Shown here piece by piece: positions 20,830-39,364 of a DNA stretch of 64,000 nt. A program made the position numbers and the translations under genes. The notes under the pieces were generated by a model, which ran no database searches, had not been told where the DNA came from, and saw only the letters and a program-made list of their open reading frames with translations. Location: positions 567,659 through 631,658 of the forward strand of contig NW_005434638.1 in the NCBI RefSeq assembly GCF_000315625.1, written 5' to 3'. How positions within the stretch are numbered: the first letter of the stretch is position 1; each line of letters starts with the position of its first letter. This stretch comes from Guillardia theta CCMP2712 (taxonomy: Eukaryota; Protista; Cryptophyta).

Positions 20830-22637
20830 TCATTCATCCCATGCATCAGCTGAGACAAAGTTCTCCTCCTCCTCACTCTCCTCCTCCTCTCCATCCTCGT
20901 TGGAGCTGCTGCATGATTCCCCAGAAGAGCTCTTCCCGTCTTTTCCCTCTCCCCCGTCATCAAGCTCCCACTCACCCAGTGCCGTCCGAGCCTCTTCCGC
21001 TTCCCTGCTCTCCTTCCATGCCTGCCCCCAACCCGGCACGACGGCTGACCTGTACTCATCCAGAAAATGGCGGTAGGAAGGGAAGAAGCGGTAATAGGAC
21101 AGCACGGACTTCCATAGCTTGTTCTGCCTGTGAGTAGGAGTAAGAAGACAGAGGACGAGCAAGAAGCATCATAGTCACATCAACGCCTGCTCATCTCCTA
21201 TGACGACCAGGCTCTGCCTGGCCCTTGAGATGGCCACGTTGACCCTCCTCCTGTCTGCGAGGAAGCCGACGCTGCCACCAGCAAGTGTGCGAACGCAGCT
21301 CAGGACGACGACCTCAGCCTGGGGAAGACAGGGAGCGTCATGTGCAAGGAGAGGCAGGAGTTTGGAACACTAGCATGCGAGGGAGTAGAATCACGGTGGA
21401 AGCAACATGTTTGAAACAAAAACATGCTCGTTGAAGTGAACAGACACGTTTGGAGAACAACAGAGTGCGAGAAGAGAATCATGACATCGAATCGCATCTC
21501 ATCATTGTCAATCTCCACGTGGAGGGATGCATGAAAGCACTCGTCTCACCTCCCTTCCTTGCATGGAGTCCACTGACATCACCTCCACATCCCCCAAGTT
21601 CTTCTTGAGAAGCTTCTTGCTGATGATCGATTTCTGCCCGTTGTAGAACGACAGAACAACTACCTGAGCACTTGCTCAGCTCTTCTCACCACTGCACGTG
21701 CCTTTTCTCGTCTCGTCTTCTCTTCTTACTTCTCTTCTTATATTCTCTTCGCACTTTTTTCCTCTCCTCCCCTCCTTCCCCCCTCCTCTCCTCACCTCTC
21801 TCTGTGTGTGAACCCCAGAATTGATCATCGCCTGCACAATCTCCAAGACTGTGTCGCACGCACAGGACAGCGGGTCAGCTACTGCAGGATCATGGCAAGA
21901 GGAAGAAACTTCACCTGCATCGGCCTCCATATCATTCATGAGTGAGGAGGAGTTCGACGGTTTGCTCTCTATCCCTGAGACGTGCACGAAGCTGGCAGGA
22001 AGAGGGTGGGAACGAGCTTGCTGCAACCCTCCTGTCATTGCTTCCCCAACCCCCTGCTTGCCTTTCTCTCTCCTCCCCTTGCCTCAACATCTTCTCTCCT
22101 CCTCTCCCTCTCCTTTCCCCATCCCCTCCCTCTCCTCTCTTCCTCCCCTCTCATTGCTCTCTGTCTCTCTATCCTCCCTCCCTATTCTCCCCCGCCCCCC
22201 CTCCCCACCACATCCTTTCTCCTCTTCTCTCTCTCTCTCCCTCTTCCCTCTCCTCATGTCCCTCTCCCCTCTCCCCTCTTCCCTCTTCCCTCTTCCCTCC
22301 TCTCCTCTCCTTCCTCTCTTCCCATCACTTCGTCCTCCCATCGTCTCACCGCAGTCTCCGAGTCAGTCTTGAGCTTGCCCCTGTAGAACTCTCGGCTCAC
22401 GGCCTCCGCGATAGAGGGATGCATGCGGTACTGGACATCGAGCATGAAGCAGGGAGTACCCCCCCCACCCTCCGTCAGTCGCTCCATGAGAGAGGTCCTG
22501 TATCCTCGCTGCTGCCCTTCCTTCCACCTCGAGAAGGGCTGCAGCTGGAGATGGTCGCCCACCAGGAGCAGATTCGAGCACTGGGTGCAAGTCAGGTCGG
22601 GAAAGGAAGGGAAGGGATGGTGAAAGAGGGCAAGACG

Positions 22638-22729
<92 letters not shown>

Positions 22730-25700
22730 CAGACTTTCCCATGCAGAAGACATCCGAGGGAGTCAGGCTCGAGCATGGCTGCAGCTTCATCGAGAATAAC
22801 GAAGTCGAGAGGATGAAATTCCTCCTCGTCCTCGTCCTCCTCCATTACGCCCTCAAGTTCCTGTGCAGGTCAAGATCAATTCCTCCTCCTATACCGAGTC
22901 ACTAATAAAACCCCTTGCCAGCTGTCCACCGCCTCCTCGTCTCTCACATAACCTTCCTTTCACTGCTTCTGCCCTCCTCAGCTCTTCGTCCTCTGCCTCC
23001 TCCCTAACCTTCTCTCTTCTTCCCTTGCCTTCTCTTTCTCCCACTTTCCTCCGTCCTTGCCCCCTCCTCTTCCTTCTCCCTCTCGTTATCTCACCCTCAT
23101 CAACCGGCTGCCCACATTCACTGCACTTGCAGCAGTACAGACGACGACGTTGGACCTTTTCCACAAGTCGATCTGAAGAGAAGGAGGGAACAGCATCACC
23201 ACAAACGTAGCGATCGGAGTGAGTACCTTTGCTCTTCTGACGCAGGAAGACAGATTGTTTTCACTCTTCTCTTCATTTTGCTTTGACTGGATGAGATGTG
23301 AGGAGAGGAGAGGAGAGGAGAGGAGAGGAGCAGCAAACGACCTTCATTGCCTTCAGTTTGGTTGACTTGATACTGTTCTGAATGATTTCCTTTCCCTGTG
23401 CAAAGTCAGCAAAACAAGAATGAGAAAGTGAAATTCTCGACCTCATTCTCGTTCGTCAAAAGATTTCTTGCAGCCAGCACCATCTCTTCTTTGACAAAAG
23501 TCATCTTGCAGTGAATCATCCATCATTTCACTCATTTCAACGAAGCCACGAAGCACCTTCTGAGAGTTTGCAGAACAGATTGCGTGAAGCAAAGAAAGGT
23601 CCTTTTCACTGATTCTTGCGCCATCCTTCGCATTCTTGTAAACGAATCAAAGCTGTTCTGCCCTCATAAACTCACAAGCACTGCTTGTAATCTCCTGCAA
23701 CACTTCAAACTTCAGTTCAGAAGCTTGACATATCTTGCCCATACTCTTGCTGTCGTCTCTTTGAACTGTTGGAGAATTTTTCGATCTTTTCGTTTTCACA
23801 CTCATCAATTCATCACAATCAACATGAAACATACCTCGTGCAACGCTTTCATCCAGCATCTCCTCTCCTTCCTCCTCTCTCTTCTCTCTCTCCTTGCAAT
23901 CTTCACCTCTTGTACTTTCTCCACCCTTCGTTCCTGCCAACAGCCATCACCACAAAGGATGAAACTTAGCAATTCACCATCAAGAATCGGAGAGTAGCTT
24001 CTCCCATCCTTTGCTAACATAACATATTAACTCGATTCAGTCTCAGAAGAAGAAATCACCTTCGATCCAACAGCAAGTATGTCCTCAACACCGACTGATT
24101 CCAACTTTGACACAAGCGAGTCGATAGCCTGTTGTGTGAACTCACATCTTGACCGCCCATCTTTGCAACCGCATTGCTCTCTTTCGCCCCAGAGATTTGC
24201 TGAAGCAAAATTTACCTTATTCGTCACGGTGCATATGAGGACTCTGGAGGTCTTAGGAATTCTTTGCAAGAAAACTTCGGTTATAAACGAAGACTTGCCT
24301 TGTAAAACGAGCAGGTCAGTTCAAGGTAGAGAAGCTGCAGCAAGTAGCAACCGAGCACACGAAGGGAGCGAGTGGGGAGTGGAGAAGAATGGAGGAAGGA
24401 GCAAAGAGGAGGGGGGTGGGGGTCAAAGGGCAAGAAAGAGGGATAGGTAGGGTAGAGGTTGGGGGGCGGGGAGGGGAGGGAAAGGAGAAGACCAGAGAGG
24501 TCTATGAAGACAGTGGTGATTCCAAACGATTTTCATCCTCTGCCTCCCACCTGTTCCAGGAGGACCTTGAACCATAGCAACGGAACCTCTCACTCCCTTC
24601 ATTGCCCTCTCTTGGCTTGCATTCAGCAAGATTCTCTTCCTCCTCCCCCCAGTCTCTCCTCCCTCCTCCCTCCTCCTCCCCTCCCCACCCAAAGACAGCC
24701 ATCGTTCTTCTTCCTCCCATCCCTGGCTCCCTTTTCCCTCTCTGCTGGAAAAGACGACTGATCGCATCTCCGGTAGAAGCTTGTCAACTGATGACATAAG
24801 TCAGATGNNNNNNNNNNNNNNNNNNNNNNNNNNNNNNNNNNNNNNNNNNNNNNNNNNNNNNNNNNNNNNNNNNNNNNNNNNNNNNNNNNNNNNNNNNNNN
24901 NNNNNNNAGGGAGGGAAGGGAAGGGGAAGGGGAAGGGGAATTGGGGAAGGGGAGGGAAGGAGGGAGAGAGAGCAAGGCTATGCGGGATTACTTGAATGAA
25001 GGGAATGGAGTCGGTACAGGAACGGCAGGGCAGTAGTCACTCGCTTGCACTTCATCTTGTCCCCTGCTGCCCATCTTCTTGGACAGAGCTTCTCATCCTC
25101 CAAGTCGAAAGTCCTGAGTGACAAGAGGAAATGAACCTCACGGGATGAAACAAGAACGCGTTCCATGGCCTCGTAATGCTCACCGGAACACGTTGTGGGA
25201 GGACGCGGCTGGAAAACTGACGAAGAGGGTGTGATTGAGCTCTGAACAGTACAAGATGTTGTAAACTATGGGATCGTCGACATCAGCTGATCGCTGTTGC
25301 ACTTTGCGTCACTTGGATGTGCAGGCTTGCGGCGATGGCGGTGGTGGCGGTGGAGGAGGAAGAGATTGGAAGAGAACGAGGAAGAAGACGAAGACGACGA
25401 GGACAAGAACGAGGAGGACGAGGATGAGGACGAGGACGAGGACGATGCCGGTGCAGGTTGTTGTACAACCTCGGTTGGGCTCTTCTTCTCTCTATGTATT
25501 CTACACATGGTCTCGTGTCCCTGCCCGTAACTCTTCTGCACGACCTGCGATCGTGTCACAAGACGCTGGTAGCAAGGCAGACTCGCTCCTGACCTCTACA
25601 TCATAGTTGTCCGCCGTAATGCTCCCATTACTCGCCAACATGCTCGCAATCTGATCGCACAAGAGCGGGGCTCAACATCGCGAAGGACATTCCATGCAGG

Positions 25701-26031
25701 CTTTTCCACCTCTTCTTTCACTTCGGACCTGAACTCCTCGACCACCATCGGCAGCCACGACTTGACGTAGCTCTCAGCCGCTGGGTCCGACGACTGGCCC
25801 GAGGGCAAAGCAAGCTCGTTAGAACAGGAGGCAGGGCACACGCGAAAACAGGGAGCAGGGAGCAGGGAGCAGGGAGCAGGGAGCAGGGAGCAGGGAGCAG
25901 GGAGGCACCTTGCCATGACGGAGGAAGATATCGTATCTCTCCCCAGTCGCTTCTCGGAAGAGGTCCTCCATCGACAGCCTTGACTTGTTCATCCTACCGG
26001 CACATGTCACCGCAGAAACAACCTCGAGCAT
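20830..26031 (-). CDS. Upf1-like superfamily 1 helicase (Sen1/MAA3-like; AAA_11 and AAA_12), many introns, spans a gap
   Basis: YVKSWLPMVVEEFRSEV; LNASQERAM...MVQGPPGTG; RVLICTVTNK|AIDSL; VILDEAA; LVGDHLQLQP; SLMERL; LDVQYRMHPSI; LSFYNGQ; SVDSMQGRE; GFLADRRRVNVAISRARQSLVVIGD; NKLWKSVLSYY. Confidence 0.88.
22638..22730. repeat. (GGAGCA)n intronic hexamer microsatellite
   Basis: About 15 units, between helicase exons. Confidence 0.95.
25849..25903. repeat. (AGGGAGC)n intronic heptamer repeat
   Basis: About 7 units. Confidence 0.9.
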
Positions 26032-26108
26032 CCTGCCCTTCCCTGCCCCTCTCTTCTCCCCTCCCCTCTCCTCCTGGCTCCCCTCCTCTCCCCTCCCTCC
26101 CTCCCTAG

Positions 26109-28826
<2,718 letters not shown>

Positions 28827-28994
28827 TGAAGTGACGATAACGAGGAAGAGGTGTTGGTAGTGCTGGTGCTGGCGGCGGCGGCGGCAGTGGCAGAGGAGGA
28901 GGAGGAGGAGGAGGAGGAGGAGGAGGACGGTTGTTGAAGGCTGTGCCAGTAGAGATTTCTTCCTCTTCCTCTTCTCCGCTCGTGTTTGTCTCCT

Positions 28995-31740
<2,746 letters not shown>

Positions 31741-31769
31741 GGAGATCTGTCGGGGGTGGAGGCCGAGAG

Positions 31770-32035
31770 CTGTCGGGGGTAGGGGTAGGAGCATGGAAGA
31801 TTTTCAATACGGAAAGGTGGGGTAATATATGGAAAACGTAGGGGTAATTGAGGACTGAAGGGGGTGGGGGTAAATAGTGCATGTGAAGATGGGGGCGGAC
31901 AAAGGGGATGAAGGTGTAACACGAGCGAGGAGGAGAAGAACAGAGGAGGAGAGATGATAAGGGCGAGGAGAAGAGAAGAATGTTGATGAAGACTGAGAGC
32001 ACAAGGATGCATACCTCTGAAGGGGTAGAGGGGAG
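31770..32035. promoter_or_regulatory. GGGGTA-rich divergent promoter region between the METTL25-like gene and EFL1
   Basis: gggggtaggggtagg, ggtggggtaat, gtaggggtaat, gggggtaaat and aggggtagag within a 380-bp head-to-head gap. Confidence 0.5.
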
Positions 32036-32118
32036 CAACAGTACAAGAGTGTAGGACGACATCTACCATCAGTTGCTTCCTGCTTGCTAAGGTGCTCTGA
32101 TCATAATATCTCCGCAGC

Positions 32119-33417
32119 ATGTCTTCACAACCGCCGTCGTCAGCTGAGCTTGCTCAGTTGATGAATGATCCTGAAAGGTGCCCAACGTGACTGTCCCTCG
32201 CCTCAACCATGCCTCAATCATGGCGCAGGATCAGGAACGTGACGGTGATGGCGCATGTGGACCATGGCAAGACGTCTCTGACTGACAGGTCTGCTTGCTC
32301 TCGCTGCTATCTACTTCAGCTCCTCATCTTCTTGCTCTTCCTTGCAGTCTCATTGCATCCAACGGCATCATATCAGAGCGGCTCGCCGGCAAGCTTCGCT
32401 TCATGGACAGGTGCTCTGGGCAAGCAGCCTTCAAGTCGGGGCTAAAGCTTGGCAGCCGCGAGGACGAGCAGGAGAGGGGGATCACCATGAAGATGAGCTC
32501 GATCTCCTTGAAGTTTGTCCTCGTCTCTTCCTGCCCCTCTCATGACGCGCTCCTGCCTTGTAGGTACGAGCCTGCGGAAGAGGCAGAGGCTGGGGCCTCT
32601 CCCTACCTGATCAACGTGATCGACTCGCCCGGGCACGTTGACTTCTGCAGTGAGGTCTCCTCGGCTGTGGTGAGATGCCTCGAGCAGAACGCCACCCTCC
32701 TGTCCTGATCCTCCCGCAGCGACTGAGCGACGGGGCGCTGGTAGTAATCGATGTGGTAGAGGGGGTAAGGACACAGACCATTGCGGTCCTCCGACAGGTT
32801 GGGGAGTCGAGCCCTGGGTCCTGAGACAACTTTCTGATCCTCTCGTGTTGTAGGCGTGGGTAGAGCGGCTGGTCCCTTGTCTTGTCCTCAACAAGATCGA
32901 CCGACTGATTCTCGAGCTGCAAATGTAGAGGAGGTGGTGGAAGGGGGAGAAGAGTATGATCGTCATGCAGGTCAACAGACGACGCGTACCAGCACATGCT
33001 GAGGATCATCGAACAGGTTCTTCTCGCTTCGTCTATCCTATGGCATCGCCTGTCTTCTCCTCCTCCCCGATACTACTTGTTCTGCCTGATTGCCCATTTC
33101 TTTTTGTTCCTCCCCTTCCTCCACTTCCTCCTCCAATCGATGCCTGACCGTCTCCTTCCCGTGTCCTCTCCGTCGGACACAGTGTTTGTCACTTGCTGCA
33201 TGAGATGATGCCTGTGCAGGTAAACGCGATCGCGGCGATGTTTCACAACGAGATGGTGATGGAAGAGGTAACGACAAGATTGCTAGAAGCCCTCTGACGT
33301 GCGCAGGGGGACGAAGACGGTCATTCATTGTGGGATGCGCAAGACAAGATGAGATCTCCTTTCGTCTTCTCGCCGGCTCTTGGGAATGTTGCTGTGAGTT
33401 TTGCTCGATCAAAGGCG

Positions 33418-33487
<70 letters not shown>

Positions 33488-36400
33488 CAGGAGGGGGAGC
33501 CAATGAGAGACCCNNNNNNNNNNNNNNNNNNNNNNNNNNNNNNNNNNNNNNNNNNNNNNNNNNNNNNNNNNNNNNNNNNNNNNNNNNNNNNNNNNNNNNN
33601 NNNNNNNNNNNNNTGTTCATGAACCCCGGGGGGGGGGAGTAGGAGCAGGAAGAGGAAGAGGAAGAGATAGACTTGAATAGGAGGTGTTGATCATGAAGAC
33701 CGTAGGCTTGTCAGTGGTGATCATGCAATATGTTTCACTGCATTCCAGTCAACATGTTCTTGATGCAATTGTGCAGTTTGGATGTGCAGCAGCGAATTGG
33801 GCATTCAGGGTGTCAGACTTTGCACTCATCATATCGAAACGGTGAGTTGGAGGAGCAAAAGAAGTGAAGAAAGAAGTAGAAAGATGAAGAATGAAGTAGA
33901 AAAGATGCAGAGAATCTGATAGGACAAGGAGGGTGAAAGTAGATGCACAGGATTTAGAGGAAGACGATGAAAACTCAAGAAAGAGACTCATTGCAACAAC
34001 GAGAATGAAGCGCAGAATAAGTGGCAAGGCCTGTCAAACTCATGTTTTCCACAGTCTGGGAATGAACGCCGGATCTCTTCGAAAGGCTCTCTGGCCGGAG
34101 GACGGGTATGACCTTTTGAGTTTCCAGCAGAATCTCACGATATCTCAGCAACGATTTCTATTTCAACCCCAAGACTAAGGTGTTATCATCAGATGTCATG
34201 TCAGGTCAAGATGTCACTCAATTCCAGTCTGTCTCCCGCAAAGATGAAGGAGGAAAGCTCAAACCCATGTTTGTGCAGTTCGTGCTGGAGCAGATTTGGG
34301 CGGTATGTTCATTGAACTGACCATGATGATCGTGATAATGGCGATGAAGATAGTGCGAGAGTGATGGCGATAAGGAGCAGCAGTGGGGGAGGGGGAGGAG
34401 CAGGAGCAGGAAGAAACGAGGAAGAGGAGCATGAGGAGGATCAGAGGGTTCCAATGGAAAAAGATTAGAGCAAAAATGAGGAGGAGGTTGAATGAAGGAA
34501 AGCTCAGAAGAAACTGAGGCTTCAAGGAGCGAACTGACACTTGAGGAAGGTATATCATGCATTCGTCTCTAGTCCTGACGAGGAGAAAGCTCGGAAGATC
34601 GTGACTGCGCTGTCGCTGAAGGTGCTCCCAGTCTCTCTGGTGGACATGGCTGAGACAGAGGCATGCAAGATGACGGAGAGGGAGATTGCGAACAAGAACA
34701 GGGAGGAAGCGCTGAGAAGTGTTATGTCGAGATGGCTGCCCTGGCCAAGTGTATCCTGTCGATGATTCTTGAAGAGGTAATGAGGACACGGTGCGATCAG
34801 GGGGGGCGGGAGGAGAGGGAAGCGAAGTAAGAGGTGGAGTCAGGTAGTGAAGGGCATGCATAGAACAGGAGATTTTATGAGGAGGGTTTGAGATTATCGG
34901 AGGGCAGGGAGGCTGGAGGATGGTCAGGAAGAAATGTCAGGAGGAAAAGATGTTTCATCCTCTTTTACTTGATCTTCTCACCCTCCTCCCTCCCTCTCCC
35001 TCCCCCTCACTCCTCACTCCTCACTCCTCACTCCTCCCTCCTCCCTCCTCCCTCCTCCCTCCTCCCTCCTCCCTCCTCCCTCCTCCCTCCTCCCTCCTCC
35101 CTCCCTCCTTCCTGCTCCTCACTTCCACATTACAGATGCCTAGTCCCTGCAAGNNNNNNNNNNNNNNNNNNNNNNNNNNNNNNNNNNNNNNNNNNNNNNN
35201 NNNNNNNNNNNNNNNNNNNNNNNNNNNNNNNNNNNNNNNNNNNNNNNNNNNNNNNNNNNNNNNNNNNNNNNNNNNNNNNNNNNNNNNNNNNNNNNNNNNN
35301 NNNNNNNNNNNNNNNNNNNNNNNNNNNNNNNNNNNNNNNNNNNNNNNNNNNNNNNNNNNNNNNNNNNNNNNNNNNNNNNNNNNNNNNNNNNNNNNNNNNN
35401 NNNNNNNNNNNNNNNNNNNNNNNNNNNNNNNNNNNNNNNNNNNNNNNNNNNNNNNNNNNNNNNNNNNNNNNNNNNNNNNNNNNNNNNNNNNNNNNNNNNN
35501 NNNCGGGTGAAAGTTTGAACGAGCAAGGAGAACAAAATTCATCGGGTTCACAAGAATATTCACCGGAACTCTGAGAGTGGAGATGAGATCAAGGTCCTCA
35601 CTCCTCCTTCTCGCCTCGCCACCCCAACCCCCCCCCCCTTTCCCTTCTCCTCCCTCTCCCCCCTCTCCTCATCCCTCTCCCTCTTCTCCTCTTCCTCCTT
35701 CTCCTCCTCCTCCTCCTTCTACCCCTCCCTGTCCCTCCCTTCTTCCTCCTCCGCCGGCGCCTCATCTCTCTCTGTTCGAGCTAATCTGAATTTTTCCCAC
35801 ATGTCCATGTCGAAATTCGTCTCATTTCCGTGCTTGACCTTTAAAAATCCTGACATGCCGATGGTGCAGGTTCTTGGACCACGTCACAATCCTTTACATG
35901 TAAGTTGACAACATTCAAGCGAGATCATCGAGTCCACACCATAACCATCAGTCACAAAACTTTATTCTAGTCCCATCACACACACATATCTATCTGTTTG
36001 TGAACACAGTCATTGATTGGTCATGTCTGACCTTACCCTGCAGGAAGATGACCAACACGTCTCAACGGCACAAGTTCGAGCACTTTACATCCTGATGGGT
36101 CGGGACTTGTTGAATGTTCAGTCTGTTCCTGCAGGGTAAGCCAACTCGCTCCACTTTCTTCTTTCTTCTGTATCCAACTCCTTTACAAGCACCATCTCTT
36201 GATTTTGCTTCTCTTCCTCCTTTCTTCTAGTATTACATCAGTTCGTGCTATGATTTCTGTCAGTCTCGTCTATGCTATTCCCATCTGACCCAGTAGCTCC
36301 TCCTCCTCCTCCCACTCCTCTTCTTTCTCTTTCTCTTCTGCTTCCTCTTTCTCCTTGTCTTCTTCCTCCTCCTCACGACATTGCTCGTAGGTGTATCTGC

Positions 36401-39219
36401 GGTGTATGGGGCCTCGAGGAGCACGTTCTCAAGTACGCAACGCTGTGCTCAACTCGCAGTTGCCGCCCTCTCAGCTTTATGTCGTTCCAGGTCTTCTCCT
36501 TACAATCATTCTCCTCTTCACCTTTCAGCTTTTCCCATTACATTCCTGCTGACATCCGTGCTTCCGCTTTCTTCTATTCCTTGCTTTCCATTCACCTCCT
36601 TCTGCTGCCTTGAAATCACTAGCAGCTACTGTTGGATCTTTCCTCCTTTTCAAATACTTTCCCTCCCACGCTTCTCCTTCCTCCTTTGCCCTCTGATCTC
36701 CCTATCAGGCCATGCCGATCGTAAGGGTGGCGGTGGAGCCGTCGAATCCTCTGCAACATGACTTGTTGGTCCACGGCCTGCAGGTCCAGTGCAGCTTCAA
36801 CTACGTCTTGCCTGACATGCCTTGCAGCTGCTCAACAGAGCTGATCCATCAGTGGAAGTGAAAATACAGGTTGCCTTTCCTCCCCCTCTTCTTCTTCACC
36901 TCCTCCTTCCTCCAACTCTTTCTTTTTCTTTTCCTCTTCTTGTTCGTTCTTTCCACCATTCTCAATACCATCATCGCCATTGTCATTGTCGTCATTGTGA
37001 TCGTCGTCATATGCTGCTGCTGCTGAATCTCCATCATCATATTTGACATCTTCATACCGTCCACGTTTTCATCATCTTAGCCCATGCATACTCCACACTT
37101 TCTCTACACGTGCACGTCCTTCCCTCCTTTCCTCTTCGCCCATCTGCACTCTCCGATGCTCCTTCCTCCACTTCGCATCTGGGTGTGATGTGGAGCTGCA
37201 GGAGACAGGAGAGCACGTGATCTTGGCTTCGGGGGAGATGCATCTAGAGCGATGCCTCAAGGTACTGGACTTGCTACCTCCGCTCCTTCCTACCATGACG
37301 AGCAACAGGATCTCCGGGAGCTGTTCGCCAAGATTGACATCCACGTCTCTGCTCCTCTGGTCCAGTTCAAGGAGACGCTGATAGACAAGAAGTCGTATCC
37401 CGAGATGTACTCAGAGGAAGATGTGAGATCGCGCGCTGCTCTGCCTTGTCGTGATGTCCTTGTAGGCTCCCCGTCCTCATCCTCGCAATCCTGTCACCTC
37501 CTCCACAGCTAACAGGCTCTGCGACTTCTCCGTACGGGCCCTTCCTCTCCCCCGCAGCATTCGCAGGTTCCTTGTGCTGAGAGGGGAGGAGCTCAGGGCC
37601 GCACATGCCGACCTGCTGGCTGGCAAGGCAATGAATGAGGAGACGAGGGAGCTCCTCAAGACGCTCCGAGGTGCTCCAGGGCAGCCGATGCAAACGATGC
37701 TGACGACCAGCAGATGTTTTCATGCAGGCTGAGGATGGCTGGGAGGAGGAGTGGAAGTGCCTGTGGGCGTTGGGACCGAAACATGTCGGGCCGAACATCC
37801 TGCTCTGCCATGTCGAAGGGTTCCATCCATCTGCCGACTGGATACCCCCCGAGTTCTTCGATCCCAAGGAGCATCCGCCAGGGGACGAGGAGCGGCTGAA
37901 ACTTCTGTCGGAGATGGAGAGCAGCGCTGTGACTGGTGTTTGCCTCATCTGCCTCCTCTACCCCTCCTGCTCTCATTCCTGCTCTCACCTCCTACCTGTT
38001 CTTGGCTGTCCTGCTGACCCACACACTCCTATCCCGGCCTTCTCATTTCGCGCACCCTCAGGCTTTCAGATCTGTTCTCTTGCGGGCCCACTGTGCGAGG
38101 AGCCGATGGAGGTTCTTGTAGCCGACAGTCTTGACGACACTGAGGTTCATGCAGGGAGTTGCTTTCGTAGTGGAAGCGATCAACCTCAATGGAGGGGCCC
38201 AAGAGATTGCAGCGAGCACAGACGTTTACGGGCCATGGTCTGGACAGGTACGAATGTTCTAGCCCATTGCATCTTTGGAACCCCCCCGGCCTTCCTTATC
38301 TTGTTGCTCCTCTTCTCTCAACTTTATCCTCGTTTCGTTGAAATGCTGACATGTGGGACAGGTGATCTCTGCAATGAGAGAGGCTTGTAGAAACGCGTTC
38401 CTTATGGGAGAGAGGAGGTGAGGGTGACTTTTATTTCTTCAATCTCAACATATTTTGCAGGTTGGTAGAGGCGTTATTTGATTGTGATGTCCAAACAACG
38501 GCAGACATGTTGGGGAAGGTGTTGATGTTGATTGTTTCAAGCTCTTGAGTTACTTCTTTGCCATTAGGCTTATGCCGTGTTGAACAAGAGAAGGGCAAAA
38601 GTGGTGGAAGAAAGGATGAAGGTTTTGAGCACGCGGTAGCCATTGTTATTCACATCTTCTTAGGATGGAACGGACATCTTTGTGATAGAGGCGAAGCTGC
38701 CAGTGGTAGAGAGGTGAGGCGTGGGATATCTTTAGCCATGGATGATGTGCCAGTAGTTTCGGTCTGGTCGACGAGCTCCGCAAGAACACATCAGGGTCAG
38801 CGCAATGTCAGGTGCAGCATTGATTGTGTTCAGCTTCTCTTCCTCATTGATTGCAGCTCGTCATGGCTGGTTGGGAAGTCATGCCGTTTGATCCTTTCTG
38901 GGAGGTCTGCTTGTGTAGTGCGATGGAGAATTTCGTCTGTGATGAATTCAATCAGCCCAACACAGAGGAAGAGCTAGAAGATTCAGACCTCTCAGACGTT
39001 ATGAATGCTCGTGGGGCGGCAAGAAAGTGAAACATTTGCAGCCTTCATGGTGCTGGGTTGAGATGGTGAACAGGTGTATGGATCTTGTCCGCAAGAGGAA
39101 AGGGCTGCCAGTAGAAGAAAAGCTTGTTCAGCATGCAGAGAAACAGGTGAATATCTATGCTTTTGACAGGAATCTATCCGTTGAAGTAGATGCAGAGAAC
39201 AAGATCTCGTCGAAAGTGA
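32119..39219 (+). CDS. EFL1: Elongation factor-like GTPase 1 (EFL1/Ria1; 60S maturation, eIF6 release), very intron-rich, spans two gaps
   Basis: [19 protein letters not shown]; [20 protein letters not shown]|[13 protein letters not shown]; [21 protein letters not shown]; [11 protein letters not shown]; [22 protein letters not shown]; [14 protein letters not shown]; GPLCEEPM; EFL1-type tail [21 protein letters not shown]. Confidence 0.93.
33418..33487. repeat. (GAT)n trinucleotide repeat in an EFL1 intron
   Basis: About 23 units. Confidence 0.95.
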
Positions 39220-39364
39220 GTGCTACGTATCAGCAATCTCTCATTTGTGATCAAGTCATAAACCGTTGCCTCGTCCTCGTATTCGAATCCATCCAGCATG
39301 TGACTAGAGTCAGAGGCTGACGTCGTTTGACCGTGTCTCACAAGTCAAGCTTGATGTTGTCATC

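Noticed and set aside
19033-26031. Helicase-CULT fusion gene
   Set aside because: The helicase ends with its normal LW..L.Y tail and a stop at 20830, and the CULT ORF has its own ATG and signal-like peptide at 20500.
32119-39219. eEF2 or Snu114 assignment
   Set aside because: [24 protein letters not shown] and the [11 protein letters not shown] tail are EFL1-specific.
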